This document shows, piece after piece, positions 29,471 to 37,984 of a DNA stretch of 64,000 bases; within the stretch, counting starts at the first letter, position 1; every line of letters begins with the position of its first letter. The DNA is taken from the NCBI GenBank assembly GCA_965197905.1, contig CBDAOB010000003.1, positions 1,120,001-1,184,000 on the forward strand, in the 5' to 3' direction. The translations under genes and the position numbers were made by a program. Below the pieces are notes generated by a model. The model was not told where the DNA came from, ran no database searches, and saw nothing but the letters and a program-made list of their open reading frames with translations. The DNA comes from Candidatus Latescibacterota bacterium (GTDB lineage: Bacteria > Latescibacterota > UBA2968 > UBA8231).

Positions 29471-29721
29471 AGCGGTGCCGCGTGATTGGCAACGTGGTTT
29501 CCAGTTCTAAACATCCGGCGCTGGCTGGCAAGAAGCTTTTGTTGGTCAGACATCACGAAGAGACCGGCGATCCTGACCCCGGGATTGGCCTCGCCGTGGA
29601 TGGTGCTGGTGCCGGGATCGGCGATGATGTGATCGTCAGCGAATCCGGCGAAGCGGGCCGCGCCGTTACGCGTATCGAATATCCTCCCCTGCGCAGTGTA
29701 ATCGTCGGCATTGTGGACTGA
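29467..29721 (+). CDS. BMC vertex protein (BMC-P, EutN/CcmL family)
   Basis: MKRCRVIGNVVSSSKHPALAGKKLL...AVDGAGAGIGD...SVIVGIVD; ATGA overlap. Confidence 0.93.
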   Translation: MKRCRVIGNVVSSSKHPALAGKKLLLVRHHEETGDPDPGIGLAVDGAGAGIGDDVIVSESGEAGRAVTRIEYPPLRSVIVGIVD

Positions 29722-29724
29722 TCA

Positions 29725-30009
29725 ATGAAGCTTAATAGGGTCATTGGCACGGTGGTCCTGTCACGGTGCATCGAGCCGTTCAAGGGCAGGACCCTACACG
29801 TGACGCAGGATCTGAACGAGAGGCTCGAGCTGGTGGGCGATGCGGATGTCAGCATGGCCTGGGAACCGGTTCGCGAAGGGGAACTGGCCATTGTCGAGAT
29901 CGCGCGGGAAAGCGCCAATGCGTTCGATCCCCCCGTGCCCACCGACTCCGTTATTCTCGGCAGGGTCGACCGGGTTCACATCGATGAGAGATATAGCGGA
30001 GGTAAGTAG
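29725..30009 (+). CDS. BMC vertex protein (BMC-P), divergent
   Basis: MKLNRVIGTVVLSR...PVPTDSVILGRVD. Confidence 0.85.
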   Translation: MKLNRVIGTVVLSRCIEPFKGRTLHVTQDLNERLELVGDADVSMAWEPVREGELAIVEIARESANAFDPPVPTDSVILGRVDRVHIDERYSGGK

Positions 30010-30567
30010 ATGGCAGACGCAATCGGAATGGTAGAAACGGTCGGGTTCGTTGGGGCGGTGGAAGCGGGTGACGCGATGAGCAAAGCGGCGCAAGTTACGT
30101 TGACCGGATGGGACAAGATTGGGGCGGGTCTGACGTCGGTGTTCTGCGAAGGTGACGTGGCGGCGGTCAAATCGGCGGTCGATGCGGGGGCGCAGGCGGC
30201 GGCAAAGGTGGGAACGGTGCACAGCGCTCACGTGATTCCGCGGCCGCACTCCGAGTTGGAGTCGGTCTTGCCTTCAGCGTCCAAGGGAAACGGGGTGGTG
30301 GTTCAGGCGCTGGGGCTGGTGGAGACGCGGGGCTCGACCGGCGTGATCGAGGCGGCGGACGCCATGAGCAAAGCGGCAGATGTAGAGGTGGTGAAGATCG
30401 CCGAGATTGGCGGCGGTTATATCACGGTGTTGGTGACCGGGGATGTGGGATCGGTAAAATCGGCGGTGAGTGCTGGATCGGAAGCAGCGGAACGTGTCGG
30501 CGAGCTGGTCTCTCAACACGTTATCCCGCGCCCGTCGGACGAGGTCGCCTCGTTGTATCTAAGTTGA
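30010..30567 (+). CDS. BMC shell protein with two canonical BMC domains (tandem, BMC-T-like)
   Basis: Two copies of A(I/L)G(M/L)VET.G...DAMSKAA...GDV.AVKSAV...HVIPRP. Confidence 0.95.
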   Translation: MADAIGMVETVGFVGAVEAGDAMSKAAQVTLTGWDKIGAGLTSVFCEGDVAAVKSAVDAGAQAAAKVGTVHSAHVIPRPHSELESVLPSASKGNGVVVQALGLVETRGSTGVIEAADAMSKAADVEVVKIAEIGGGYITVLVTGDVGSVKSAVSAGSEAAERVGELVSQHVIPRPSDEVASLYLS

Positions 30568-30581
30568 AAGGGAAGGATTAG

Positions 30582-30845
30582 ATGAAGGCACTAGGTATGG
30601 TGGAGACCAAGGGTCTTGCGTGTATGGTAGAGGCGCTGGATGCGATGTTGAAGACCGCTGATGTCAAATACGTAGCTCAAAAACGAGTAGGAGCGGGTCT
30701 TGTGATGGTGATGGTGGAAGGCGATGTGGCGGCGGTGAAGGCAGCCGTGGATGCGGGCGCGCAAGCGGCGCAGCGAATCGGCGAACTGCGTAGCGTGCAC
30801 GTCATTCCACGGCCGATCGAAGGACTCCGGGCGCAGCTGAATTGA
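30582..30845 (+). CDS. BMC-H hexameric shell protein (PduA/EutM-like)
   Basis: ALGMVETKG...DAMLKTA...[10 protein letters not shown]...HVIPRP. Confidence 0.96.
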   Translation: MKALGMVETKGLACMVEALDAMLKTADVKYVAQKRVGAGLVMVMVEGDVAAVKAAVDAGAQAAQRIGELRSVHVIPRPIEGLRAQLN

Positions 30846-30874
30846 TGTGCACGCCCTGCTGAGAGTGCACTAGC

Positions 30875-32302
30875 GTGACCCAGAAGGTGAACGAAGACCA
30901 GGTCAGGGAGATCGTCGCCGAGGTCGTCAGCCGGGTGCTTGCGGCGCACAGCACTGAACCTGACTCGGGGTTATCGTCCCAGGTGGGCGGCGTTTTCGGG
31001 GACGCGGATGCGGCAGTGGCTGCTGCCCGCCGGGCTCAGGGGCAGTTGCTGTCGATGACGCTGGTAGACCGGAAGCGGATCATCGAAGCCATTCGCGATA
31101 CTCTGCACTCAGAGGCGGAGAGTTTCGCTCGGCGCACCCTCGAAGAGACCGGCATGGGCCGGCTCGAGGACAAGATCCGCAAACACCATGTGGCCGCAGA
31201 TACGACGCCCGGGGTCGAAGACCTGCATGCTGTTTCGTGGACCGGGGATCACGGCCTCACGGTGGTGGAGATGGCGCCGTATGGCGTAATCGCGGCGATA
31301 ACGCCATCCACCCATCCGGTGCCCACCATGGCAAGCAATGCCATCGGCATTGTCGCGGCGGGCAACGCGGCGGTTTTCAATGCTCACCCTGCCGCCAAAA
31401 AGATCTCCGCTGCCGCAGTCCAACAGCTAAACACCGCCATCGTAGAAGCGGGCGGCCCTGCCAACCTGATTACCATCATCGAACATCCAACCGTCGAGAG
31501 TGCTACTGAACTGTTCAACCACGCCGGCGTCGACGTCATACTGGTAACCGGCGGTCCCGCCGTCGCTCGAGCGGCCATGAGCTGTCCCAAGAAGGCGATC
31601 GTAGCGGGGCCCGGCAACCCACCTGTTGTCGTCGACGAAACGGCAGACCTGGAACGGGCGGCCCGGGACATCGTCGACGGCGCATCCTTCGACAACAATC
31701 TGCTCTGCATCGGCGAGAAGCAGGTGTTCGTCGTGGATTCGGTGGCTGACAGCCTGAAATCGCTCATGGTGCGGTACAGCGCTTACGAGCTCAACCCGGA
31801 GCAGATCGAACAACTCGTGCGGGAGGCGTTCGTCAGCGAGGGGAGCGGCGAACCCCGCGTGAATCGCGAGCTGGTGGGGCGCGACGCCGCGGTGCTGGGT
31901 GCCCGCATCGGTTTGCAGCTGGAAGACTCGCTGCGACTATTGATCGGCGAAACCGATGCCGGCCACATCTTCGTGCGGGAAGAGCAGATGATGCCGTTCG
32001 TGCCGATCGTCCGGGTGCCCAACGTAGATCAGGGGATTCGCGCCGCGGTCGAATCGGAGCATGGCTACCGACACACGGCGGTCATTCACTCGCGCAACAT
32101 CGAGAACATGCACAACATGGCCCGCGCCGCGGATACGACGGTGTTCGTCAAGAACGGCCCTTCTTACGCGGGATTGGGCATCGGTGGCGAAGGGTTCGGC
32201 ACCTACTCCATCGCCGGTCCCACCGGAGAAGGGCTGACGTCGGCGAGCACCTTTACGCGCCAACGACGCTGCAGCCTCGTAGACTATTTCCGCATCACCT
32301 GA
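30875..32302 (+). CDS. CoA-acylating aldehyde dehydrogenase (EutE/PduP-like) with an N-terminal encapsulation peptide
   Basis: EETGMG, TPGVEDL, VTGG, AGPGNPP, SFDNNLLCIGEK, EQMMP, TGEG; N-terminal EDQVREIVAEVVSRVL helix. Confidence 0.95.
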   Translation: MTQKVNEDQVREIVAEVVSRVLAAHSTEPDSGLSSQVGGVFGDADAAVAAARRAQGQLLSMTLVDRKRIIEAIRDTLHSEAESFARRTLEETGMGRLEDKIRKHHVAADTTPGVEDLHAVSWTGDHGLTVVEMAPYGVIAAITPSTHPVPTMASNAIGIVAAGNAAVFNAHPAAKKISAAAVQQLNTAIVEAGGPANLITIIEHPTVESATELFNHAGVDVILVTGGPAVARAAMSCPKKAIVAGPGNPPVVVDETADLERAARDIVDGASFDNNLLCIGEKQVFVVDSVADSLKSLMVRYSAYELNPEQIEQLVREAFVSEGSGEPRVNRELVGRDAAVLGARIGLQLEDSLRLLIGETDAGHIFVREEQMMPFVPIVRVPNVDQGIRAAVESEHGYRHTAVIHSRNIENMHNMARAADTTVFVKNGPSYAGLGIGGEGFGTYSIAGPTGEGLTSASTFTRQRRCSLVDYFRIT

Positions 32303-32310
32303 ACGGTCCC

Positions 32311-33021
32311 ATGTCCCAATCGAACCGGCAACCGCTCTCCGTGGATCGCGGCACCATTGAAACCATGGTTCGCGAGATCCTGGGGCGCTACTCGCCCGCC
32401 GAGGGTATGGACAAATCTGTAGCCGCCAGGATTCCGCGCCTGGTGGCGAACATCTCGGCTCGCCATCTCCACCTGAACCGCCAAACACTCGAAACCCTGT
32501 TCGGCTCAGGTGCTGAGCTGACGGTGCAGAAAGAGCTATACCAGGAAGGTGCGTTCGCCGCGGAACAGATGGTCACCGTATTCGGACCGCGGCAGCAGAT
32601 GATCGCCAACGTTCGCGTTCTGGGTCCGCTGCGCGATTACAACCAGGTGGAGCTTTCCTTCAGTGATGCGCGTTTCCTGGGCATCGATGCACCCGTTCGC
32701 CTGAGTGGCGATCACACCGACACCCCCGGGTGTTACCTGGTAGGTCCCGCCGGCGGTCTCGAACTGAAAGCGGGAGTGATACGGGCGGCCAGGCACGTCC
32801 ACATGAGTTCCGACGAAGGCGATTTCTACGGGGTAAAGGCGGGCGACCTGATGCGGCTCGTGGTAGACAGCGAACAAGGGGGAACACTGAGCGGACTGAT
32901 CTGCCGGGTCAGTGACCGCGAGAAGCTCGAGGTGCATCTGGACACCGACGAAGGCAACGCCGTCGATCTGGCGCGGGCCCGCAAGGTTCACCTGGAGAAA
33001 GAAACCGCTGATTCCACATGA
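32311..33021 (+). CDS. pduL: PduL-type phosphotransacylase with an N-terminal encapsulation peptide
   Basis: SARHLHL, RVLGPLR, RLSGD, ARHVHM, HLDTDEGNA; N-terminal DRGTIETMVREIL. Confidence 0.95.
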   Translation: MSQSNRQPLSVDRGTIETMVREILGRYSPAEGMDKSVAARIPRLVANISARHLHLNRQTLETLFGSGAELTVQKELYQEGAFAAEQMVTVFGPRQQMIANVRVLGPLRDYNQVELSFSDARFLGIDAPVRLSGDHTDTPGCYLVGPAGGLELKAGVIRAARHVHMSSDEGDFYGVKAGDLMRLVVDSEQGGTLSGLICRVSDREKLEVHLDTDEGNAVDLARARKVHLEKETADST

Positions 33022-33500
33022 GCTCCGTACTCCACATACAGGAGATGGTTGTCACCGGGGACGATCTTGCCCGGGCGCACCAGGGCCAGGAAGTGCTGTG
33101 TGTCGTTGCCGCGGCGGTGCTTACGCCGACGGCCTGGGATTACATTCGCGACCAGCGTTTGCGGCTGACTCGAGGGGAAAGCGCGTCCGTGTCCGAGTCT
33201 GTGGCACCGTCGGCGTCGACCAACCTGGTCAACGAGGCGCAGATGGTGCCCCATGCGCAGTGCGACCAACCGGGAAGTTCCTGCGGATGCACAACCGAGG
33301 AGTTTGGCTCCGGTTTTGTTCAACCCGAAAGTTGTGGGGTGTGTGCCATACATCAGCTCAAGGTCGCCGGCCAGGCGAACCCCGGATGCGAGGGCTGTAA
33401 TCTGAACGGGCGCTGCGACGGCGAATCAGGGTCCGCCGCCGCGACGGAGTCACTCGTGGCACAGATCACCGAGCAGATTGTGGAGCAGCTACGCCGATGA
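33018..33500 (+). CDS. BMC-associated Cys-rich hypothetical protein with a C-terminal encapsulation-peptide-like helix
   Basis: VTGDDL...AVLTPTAWDYIR module; 8 Cys in a ~53-aa stretch; C-terminal ESLVAQITEQIVEQL; 4-nt overlaps at both ends. Confidence 0.75.
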   Translation: MSSVLHIQEMVVTGDDLARAHQGQEVLCVVAAAVLTPTAWDYIRDQRLRLTRGESASVSESVAPSASTNLVNEAQMVPHAQCDQPGSSCGCTTEEFGSGFVQPESCGVCAIHQLKVAGQANPGCEGCNLNGRCDGESGSAAATESLVAQITEQIVEQLRR

Positions 33501-34060
33501 GCGGCGCGCTAGGTATCATCGAGGCAGAGGGGGTCGCCGGCATCATCGCCGCCTCGGACGTTGTCGGCAAAACCGCCGACGTCGAGCTGCTTGGCTGGGA
33601 GTCGATCGGCGGAATCACCTCCATCTTTTTCCGCGGGACCGTCGCGGAGGTGGCCGCCTCACTTGAAAGCGGCCGCGAGGCCGCCGCGGCGCTCGCGGAC
33701 AAGGTTGTGGCGGCCCCGTTGTATCAGCCCGAAGCGGTCTGCAGCGATTTCATTGGGCATCCGATGCCGGACGAGATCGAGGTTCCGGATGGCGCACTGG
33801 GCTTGCTCGAGTCTCGCGGCTACGGTGCTCACGTGCTGGCTAACGACCGCATGGTGAAGGCGGCTCCGGTCCGGGTCTACAATCTTCTGGCAGTGCACGA
33901 TCGCGTCGTTTGCACCCTGATCAACGGCGAGGAGGGTGCGGTTCGAGAGGCGATTGCCAGCGGCCGCGAACTGTTCGCTCGCGACGTGCGCTTCCGCTGT
34001 TCCACCGTTATCTCGCGCCCGTTACCGCACGTGCTGCGGGCGTTCGCGCCGGGCTGTTAG
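33497..34060 (+). CDS. Divergent two-domain BMC shell protein
   Basis: ALGIIEAEG...DVVGKTA and ALGLLESRG...DRMVKAA...VISRP. Confidence 0.88.
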   Translation: MSGALGIIEAEGVAGIIAASDVVGKTADVELLGWESIGGITSIFFRGTVAEVAASLESGREAAAALADKVVAAPLYQPEAVCSDFIGHPMPDEIEVPDGALGLLESRGYGAHVLANDRMVKAAPVRVYNLLAVHDRVVCTLINGEEGAVREAIASGRELFARDVRFRCSTVISRPLPHVLRAFAPGC

Positions 34061-34235
34061 TGCCCTGTATCGATAATATGCCTGTATTAATTCGCCGACT
34101 CATCCCGACCTGCTTCGTTACGCTCACTCGGCGTATTTCACCAATACGCCTCGATCGCGCGCCTTGCAGGACGGGCGACTCGGCGCCTTCATTGCACAGG
34201 CCTACTTCCGATACAGGGCACTGAGGAGGCTGCAG

Positions 34236-35393
34236 GTGGCGCAACCAAGCGCATTCGGGGTGTTGGAGACCCGAGGAGTAACGGCTCAAGTGGCTGCGAC
34301 CGACGCCATGGTCAAAACTGCTGATGTTCGGGTGTGCGGACGCCAGGCGATCGGCTCGGGATGGGTAACGGTGGTAGTGGAGGGTGAGGTCGGGGCCGTG
34401 CAAGCCGCGGTGGCAAGCGGCGAGCGCGAAGCCGGCAAGTACGGCGAGCTGATCGGCGCGGACGTCCTGACCGCGCCGGACATGGCGGCCGCCGACATCA
34501 TGCCACATGCCAGTGGGCTGAGCCCTGCTACCCTCAAACCCCAGCAAGCTCTCGGCGTCCTCGAGACTCGGGGTTTTGCCCAGCTGGTCGTTGGGGGTGA
34601 CGCCGCGACCAAGGCGGCGGCGGTAAGTGTCTGCGGCTGGGCTTCTGCCGGCGGTGCACTGTGCCATCTGGTGGTTCAGGGCGAAGTGGCCAGCGTGTAC
34701 ACTGCCCTGCGCGAAGGTCGCATCGCAGCCGAGACCGCCGGCGAGGTGTATGCGGCCCTGGTTATTCCACAGCCAGCGGTGGACGTGGCCGGCGTGTTGC
34801 CCGTGCCCGCAGGCGCTCAGCCAGCAGAGGTCGGTGCCCTCGGAATACTGGAGACCACCGGATATACCGGTTCGGTGGCGGCTGCGGACGCGATGGCCAA
34901 AACGGCTGAGATCGGAGTGGCGCGTTTCAATATTGGAAGTGGTGGACGCACCGCTGTTATGACCACGGGAAAACTGGACGATGTCCAGGCCGGCATCGAG
35001 CCCGGTGTTGCCGCGGCCAAACTGGCTGGTGGATTCGAGAACGCCCGTGTCGTCACCCGGCCCGACCCGGATATCGTGGCCTGTTTCGCGCAGGCAACAA
35101 CCAGTGCCGCACCGAAGGGGCTGGCCCTCGGATTAATCGAAACCCGCAGCACCGTGGCTCTGGTGAAGGCGATGGACGAGATGCTCAAAGGGGCCGACGT
35201 GGAGTACGAAGGCCGGGTGAAGGTGGGGTTCTATCTCACCGCCGGTGCGATTCGCGGTGACGTGGGCGCCGTCAGAGTGGCATTGGATCTGGGTGCGAAA
35301 GAGGCTCGTCGCCATGGGGAACTGGTCGCAACGCACTTGATACCGCAACCCGACCGGGGTATGGAGCCACCGCTACCACATCGAGGAACGTAA
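34236..35393 (+). CDS. BMC shell protein with four tandem BMC domains
   Basis: Four A(F/L)G(V/I/L)(L/I)ET units, each with DxxxK (DAMVK, DAATK, DAMAK, DEMLK); GTG start at 34236 after GAGGAGG. Confidence 0.9.
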   Translation: MAQPSAFGVLETRGVTAQVAATDAMVKTADVRVCGRQAIGSGWVTVVVEGEVGAVQAAVASGEREAGKYGELIGADVLTAPDMAAADIMPHASGLSPATLKPQQALGVLETRGFAQLVVGGDAATKAAAVSVCGWASAGGALCHLVVQGEVASVYTALREGRIAAETAGEVYAALVIPQPAVDVAGVLPVPAGAQPAEVGALGILETTGYTGSVAAADAMAKTAEIGVARFNIGSGGRTAVMTTGKLDDVQAGIEPGVAAAKLAGGFENARVVTRPDPDIVACFAQATTSAAPKGLALGLIETRSTVALVKAMDEMLKGADVEYEGRVKVGFYLTAGAIRGDVGAVRVALDLGAKEARRHGELVATHLIPQPDRGMEPPLPHRGT

Positions 35394-35413
35394 TCACCAG
35401 GAAGAGAACAAAC

Positions 35414-36574
35414 ATGGTACGCATCGCAGCTAGAGTGATCACGGGTCCGATGCTGGAGGAACAGCTCGCTGGCTCCGGCTCTGTGCAGATCGACAGGGGA
35501 GCGGTACTGACGCCCTCGGCGTTGGACTACCTAAAGGCTCACGAGGTCTCGGTGGTGCGCGACGGAGATGTGCCGCCTGCTGCCGCGAAGGGGGAGAAGC
35601 AAAACAGCCCCGTCGCGGGAGCGAAGCGGTTTCAAGGAATTTTTGTGCCCAACGTCGTCATCTTCGACGCTGACGGAAACATCAACTTCGGCGAAATGGA
35701 GCGTTACATCGCCTGGTTGATCGACGCTGGCATTCACGGACTCTACCCCAACGGAAGCACCGGCGAATTCGTGCGGCTTTCCGCCGAGGAGCGGCGGGAG
35801 GTGGTGCGCATCATCGCAAATGTAAACCAGGGGCGAGTTCCGATTCTGGCCGGTGCCAGCGAAGCGAATGTGCGCGACGTGCTGGATACGGCGGAGTATT
35901 ACGCGCGTTTGGATGTGGATGCCATCTCCCTGGTGCCTCCGTACTACTACAAGATCTCCGAACGCAGCCTGTTCGAGTATTTCGCCGAGATCGCCCGCAA
36001 CTCGCCCCTCGATATCTTGCTCTACAACATTCCCCAGTTCACCCAGGAGCTCACCCTGGATATCATGGAGGAGCTGCTCCCGTTCGAGCGCATCTTCGGC
36101 ACCAAGGACTCGAGCCGAGACCTGCCACGGATCGTAAATACAATCCACCGGTTGCGCCCCCAGCGTCCCGACTACGTGGTGCTCAACGGCTGTGAGGAGA
36201 TCCTGCTGCCTGCTATCATCATGGGCGCAGACGGCGGCACCATCGCCACCGCTGGCATCATACCCGAGGTAATCGCCGAGTTGTACCGGTGCTCTCTCGA
36301 GGGAGAAATCGAGCGCGCCCGCATGCTGCAGTATCGCATCATCGACCTCATAAACCTGATGCTGTTGGGTGCCAGTTTCCCCCAGGGGTTCAAGACAGGT
36401 GTGGCGGTGCGCGGGTTTGACGTAGGTCCACCCCGCCAGGTCATGAGCACCCAGGAGCGCGAAGTCCTGTCGCAACTGGAGGCGCAGATTACCTGTCTGC
36501 TGGACGACATGGGATACGAGGTGGACGGAGCAAGCAGCTGCCCCGTGACCAATACACCCCCCATTGTCAACTAG
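35414..36574 (+). CDS. DHDPS/NAL-family aldolase/lyase with an N-terminal BMC-associated module; candidate BMC signature enzyme
   Basis: NGSTGE, PPYYY, LLYNIP, Schiff-base Lys in TKDSS; ~70-aa N-terminal extension (AVLTPSALDYLK). Confidence 0.88.
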   Translation: MVRIAARVITGPMLEEQLAGSGSVQIDRGAVLTPSALDYLKAHEVSVVRDGDVPPAAAKGEKQNSPVAGAKRFQGIFVPNVVIFDADGNINFGEMERYIAWLIDAGIHGLYPNGSTGEFVRLSAEERREVVRIIANVNQGRVPILAGASEANVRDVLDTAEYYARLDVDAISLVPPYYYKISERSLFEYFAEIARNSPLDILLYNIPQFTQELTLDIMEELLPFERIFGTKDSSRDLPRIVNTIHRLRPQRPDYVVLNGCEEILLPAIIMGADGGTIATAGIIPEVIAELYRCSLEGEIERARMLQYRIIDLINLMLLGASFPQGFKTGVAVRGFDVGPPRQVMSTQEREVLSQLEAQITCLLDDMGYEVDGASSCPVTNTPPIVN

Positions 36575-36580
36575 AGGACC

Positions 36581-37675
36581 GTGACGGGGCTCCGCAGCGG
36601 ACCGAAGGTCGCGGTCATTGGCGCCGGAGTCATCGGCCGTTTCATAGCCTACCAGCTTACCGCACGGGGAATCCCCGTCGACCTTCTCGACCCCGGTCCC
36701 GATCCCTCATCCACTACCGCCGCCTCTCTTGGGGTGTTGACCCACTTCAACGGGGGCGACGATCCATATTCGCTGCTCTACCGGGACAGCTACCACAGTT
36801 ATTGCGAGCTGGCGGTCCAACTGGAGCACCAGACGGGCATCGATATCGGCTGGCGCCCGCTGGGGGGAATCGATCTGATATTCGACGAGGACGATGAGGC
36901 CGCGGCTGCCGCAACAGTCGCGTTCAATCGCTCGCGACACTGCGTCGTCGAACAGCTGGACCGTGACCGCGTACACGAACTGGAACCGGCCATATCCGAG
37001 AAGGTCCAGGGAGGATTGTATTTCCCCGACGACCAGCGCGTCGACCCGGCGAAGCTGGCCGCCGCGCTTATCAAGGCCATCGAACAGCAGGGTGGGGTCG
37101 CCCACTTCGGGGTCCGGGTGCTCGGTTTCGGCGACGTGACACGGCAGGGAGTTTCCCTGCAGACGACTTCGAGCACATTCGAGGCTGATGTGGTAGTGCT
37201 GGCAGCAGGTTGCTGGACCGGCGAGCTCGGCCGCATGCTCGGCGCCCACATCCCCGTTCGACCGATCAGGGGGCAGCATTGCCGTTTTTCAGGGGCCGCC
37301 GTCGAGCACGTGGTGCGCTACGACGGTCGGCACCTCCTCGCCTCCGATGAGTTCACGGTCGTGGGGGCAACCGTGGAGGACGTCGGTTTCGACGTGGAGG
37401 TATCGGCGTTGGCGCGTCAGGAGCTGTCCACTTTCGTGGGGGCAACCGTCAAACCCCATATGAGTTTTCACCAGCAGCGCGCGGGGCTGCGGCCCAAACC
37501 CAAGGGGGGTCGTCCCCTGATCGGACCACTGGAGGAATACCCGCAGGTATTCGTCGCAACGGGTCACTATAAGAACGGAATTCAGCTGGGGCCGGGGACG
37601 GGGGAGGCGGTGGCACGATGGATCGTTGATGGGGACCCTGGCCGGCAGATGGGGCGGTTCAAGCCGGAAAGGTAG
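36581..37675 (+). CDS. FAD-dependent oxidoreductase, glycine oxidase/D-amino-acid oxidase family
   Basis: VIGAGVIG, LAAGCW, PIRGQ, GLRP, TGHYKNGI. Confidence 0.88.
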   Translation: MTGLRSGPKVAVIGAGVIGRFIAYQLTARGIPVDLLDPGPDPSSTTAASLGVLTHFNGGDDPYSLLYRDSYHSYCELAVQLEHQTGIDIGWRPLGGIDLIFDEDDEAAAAATVAFNRSRHCVVEQLDRDRVHELEPAISEKVQGGLYFPDDQRVDPAKLAAALIKAIEQQGGVAHFGVRVLGFGDVTRQGVSLQTTSSTFEADVVVLAAGCWTGELGRMLGAHIPVRPIRGQHCRFSGAAVEHVVRYDGRHLLASDEFTVVGATVEDVGFDVEVSALARQELSTFVGATVKPHMSFHQQRAGLRPKPKGGRPLIGPLEEYPQVFVATGHYKNGIQLGPGTGEAVARWIVDGDPGRQMGRFKPER

Positions 37676-37785
37676 CCAAACCGAATTCGACTTTGTATTA
37701 TTAAGCCGCAGATTGGATACCGACGGCACAGAATTCAAGGGGTTGAGCCATGCCCAGACACCGCCGCCATCGACAACGTCAGCCC

Positions 37786-37948
37786 ATGAAGATATACGTG
37801 ATCATTTTCATGGTGTGTGGCGGGACTGGCGCTTCTGATGCACCTCATATCCGACGTCTCTGACGATGTCAGTGAGTACGCCGACGAGCGGGTGAACGCC
37901 GCCATGCGCAAGGCGGTAGAATCGGAACTGAAGAAAGCGGTCAAGTAG
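37786..37948 (+). CDS. Possible small single-TM protein with an apparent frameshift
   Basis: MKIYVIIFMV then, in another frame, VAGLALLMHLISDVSDDVSEYADERVNAAMRKAVESELKKAVK; shift falls in a TG dinucleotide run near 37815. Confidence 0.35.
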
Positions 37949-37984
37949 CCGGACCAGCCCGGCACCAAGCTGCGTTGAATCCGA

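Noticed and set aside
34164..34235. Longer N-terminus for the four-domain BMC protein (TTG at 34164)
   Set aside because: A strong GAGGAGG RBS precedes GTG 34236, where BMC homology begins
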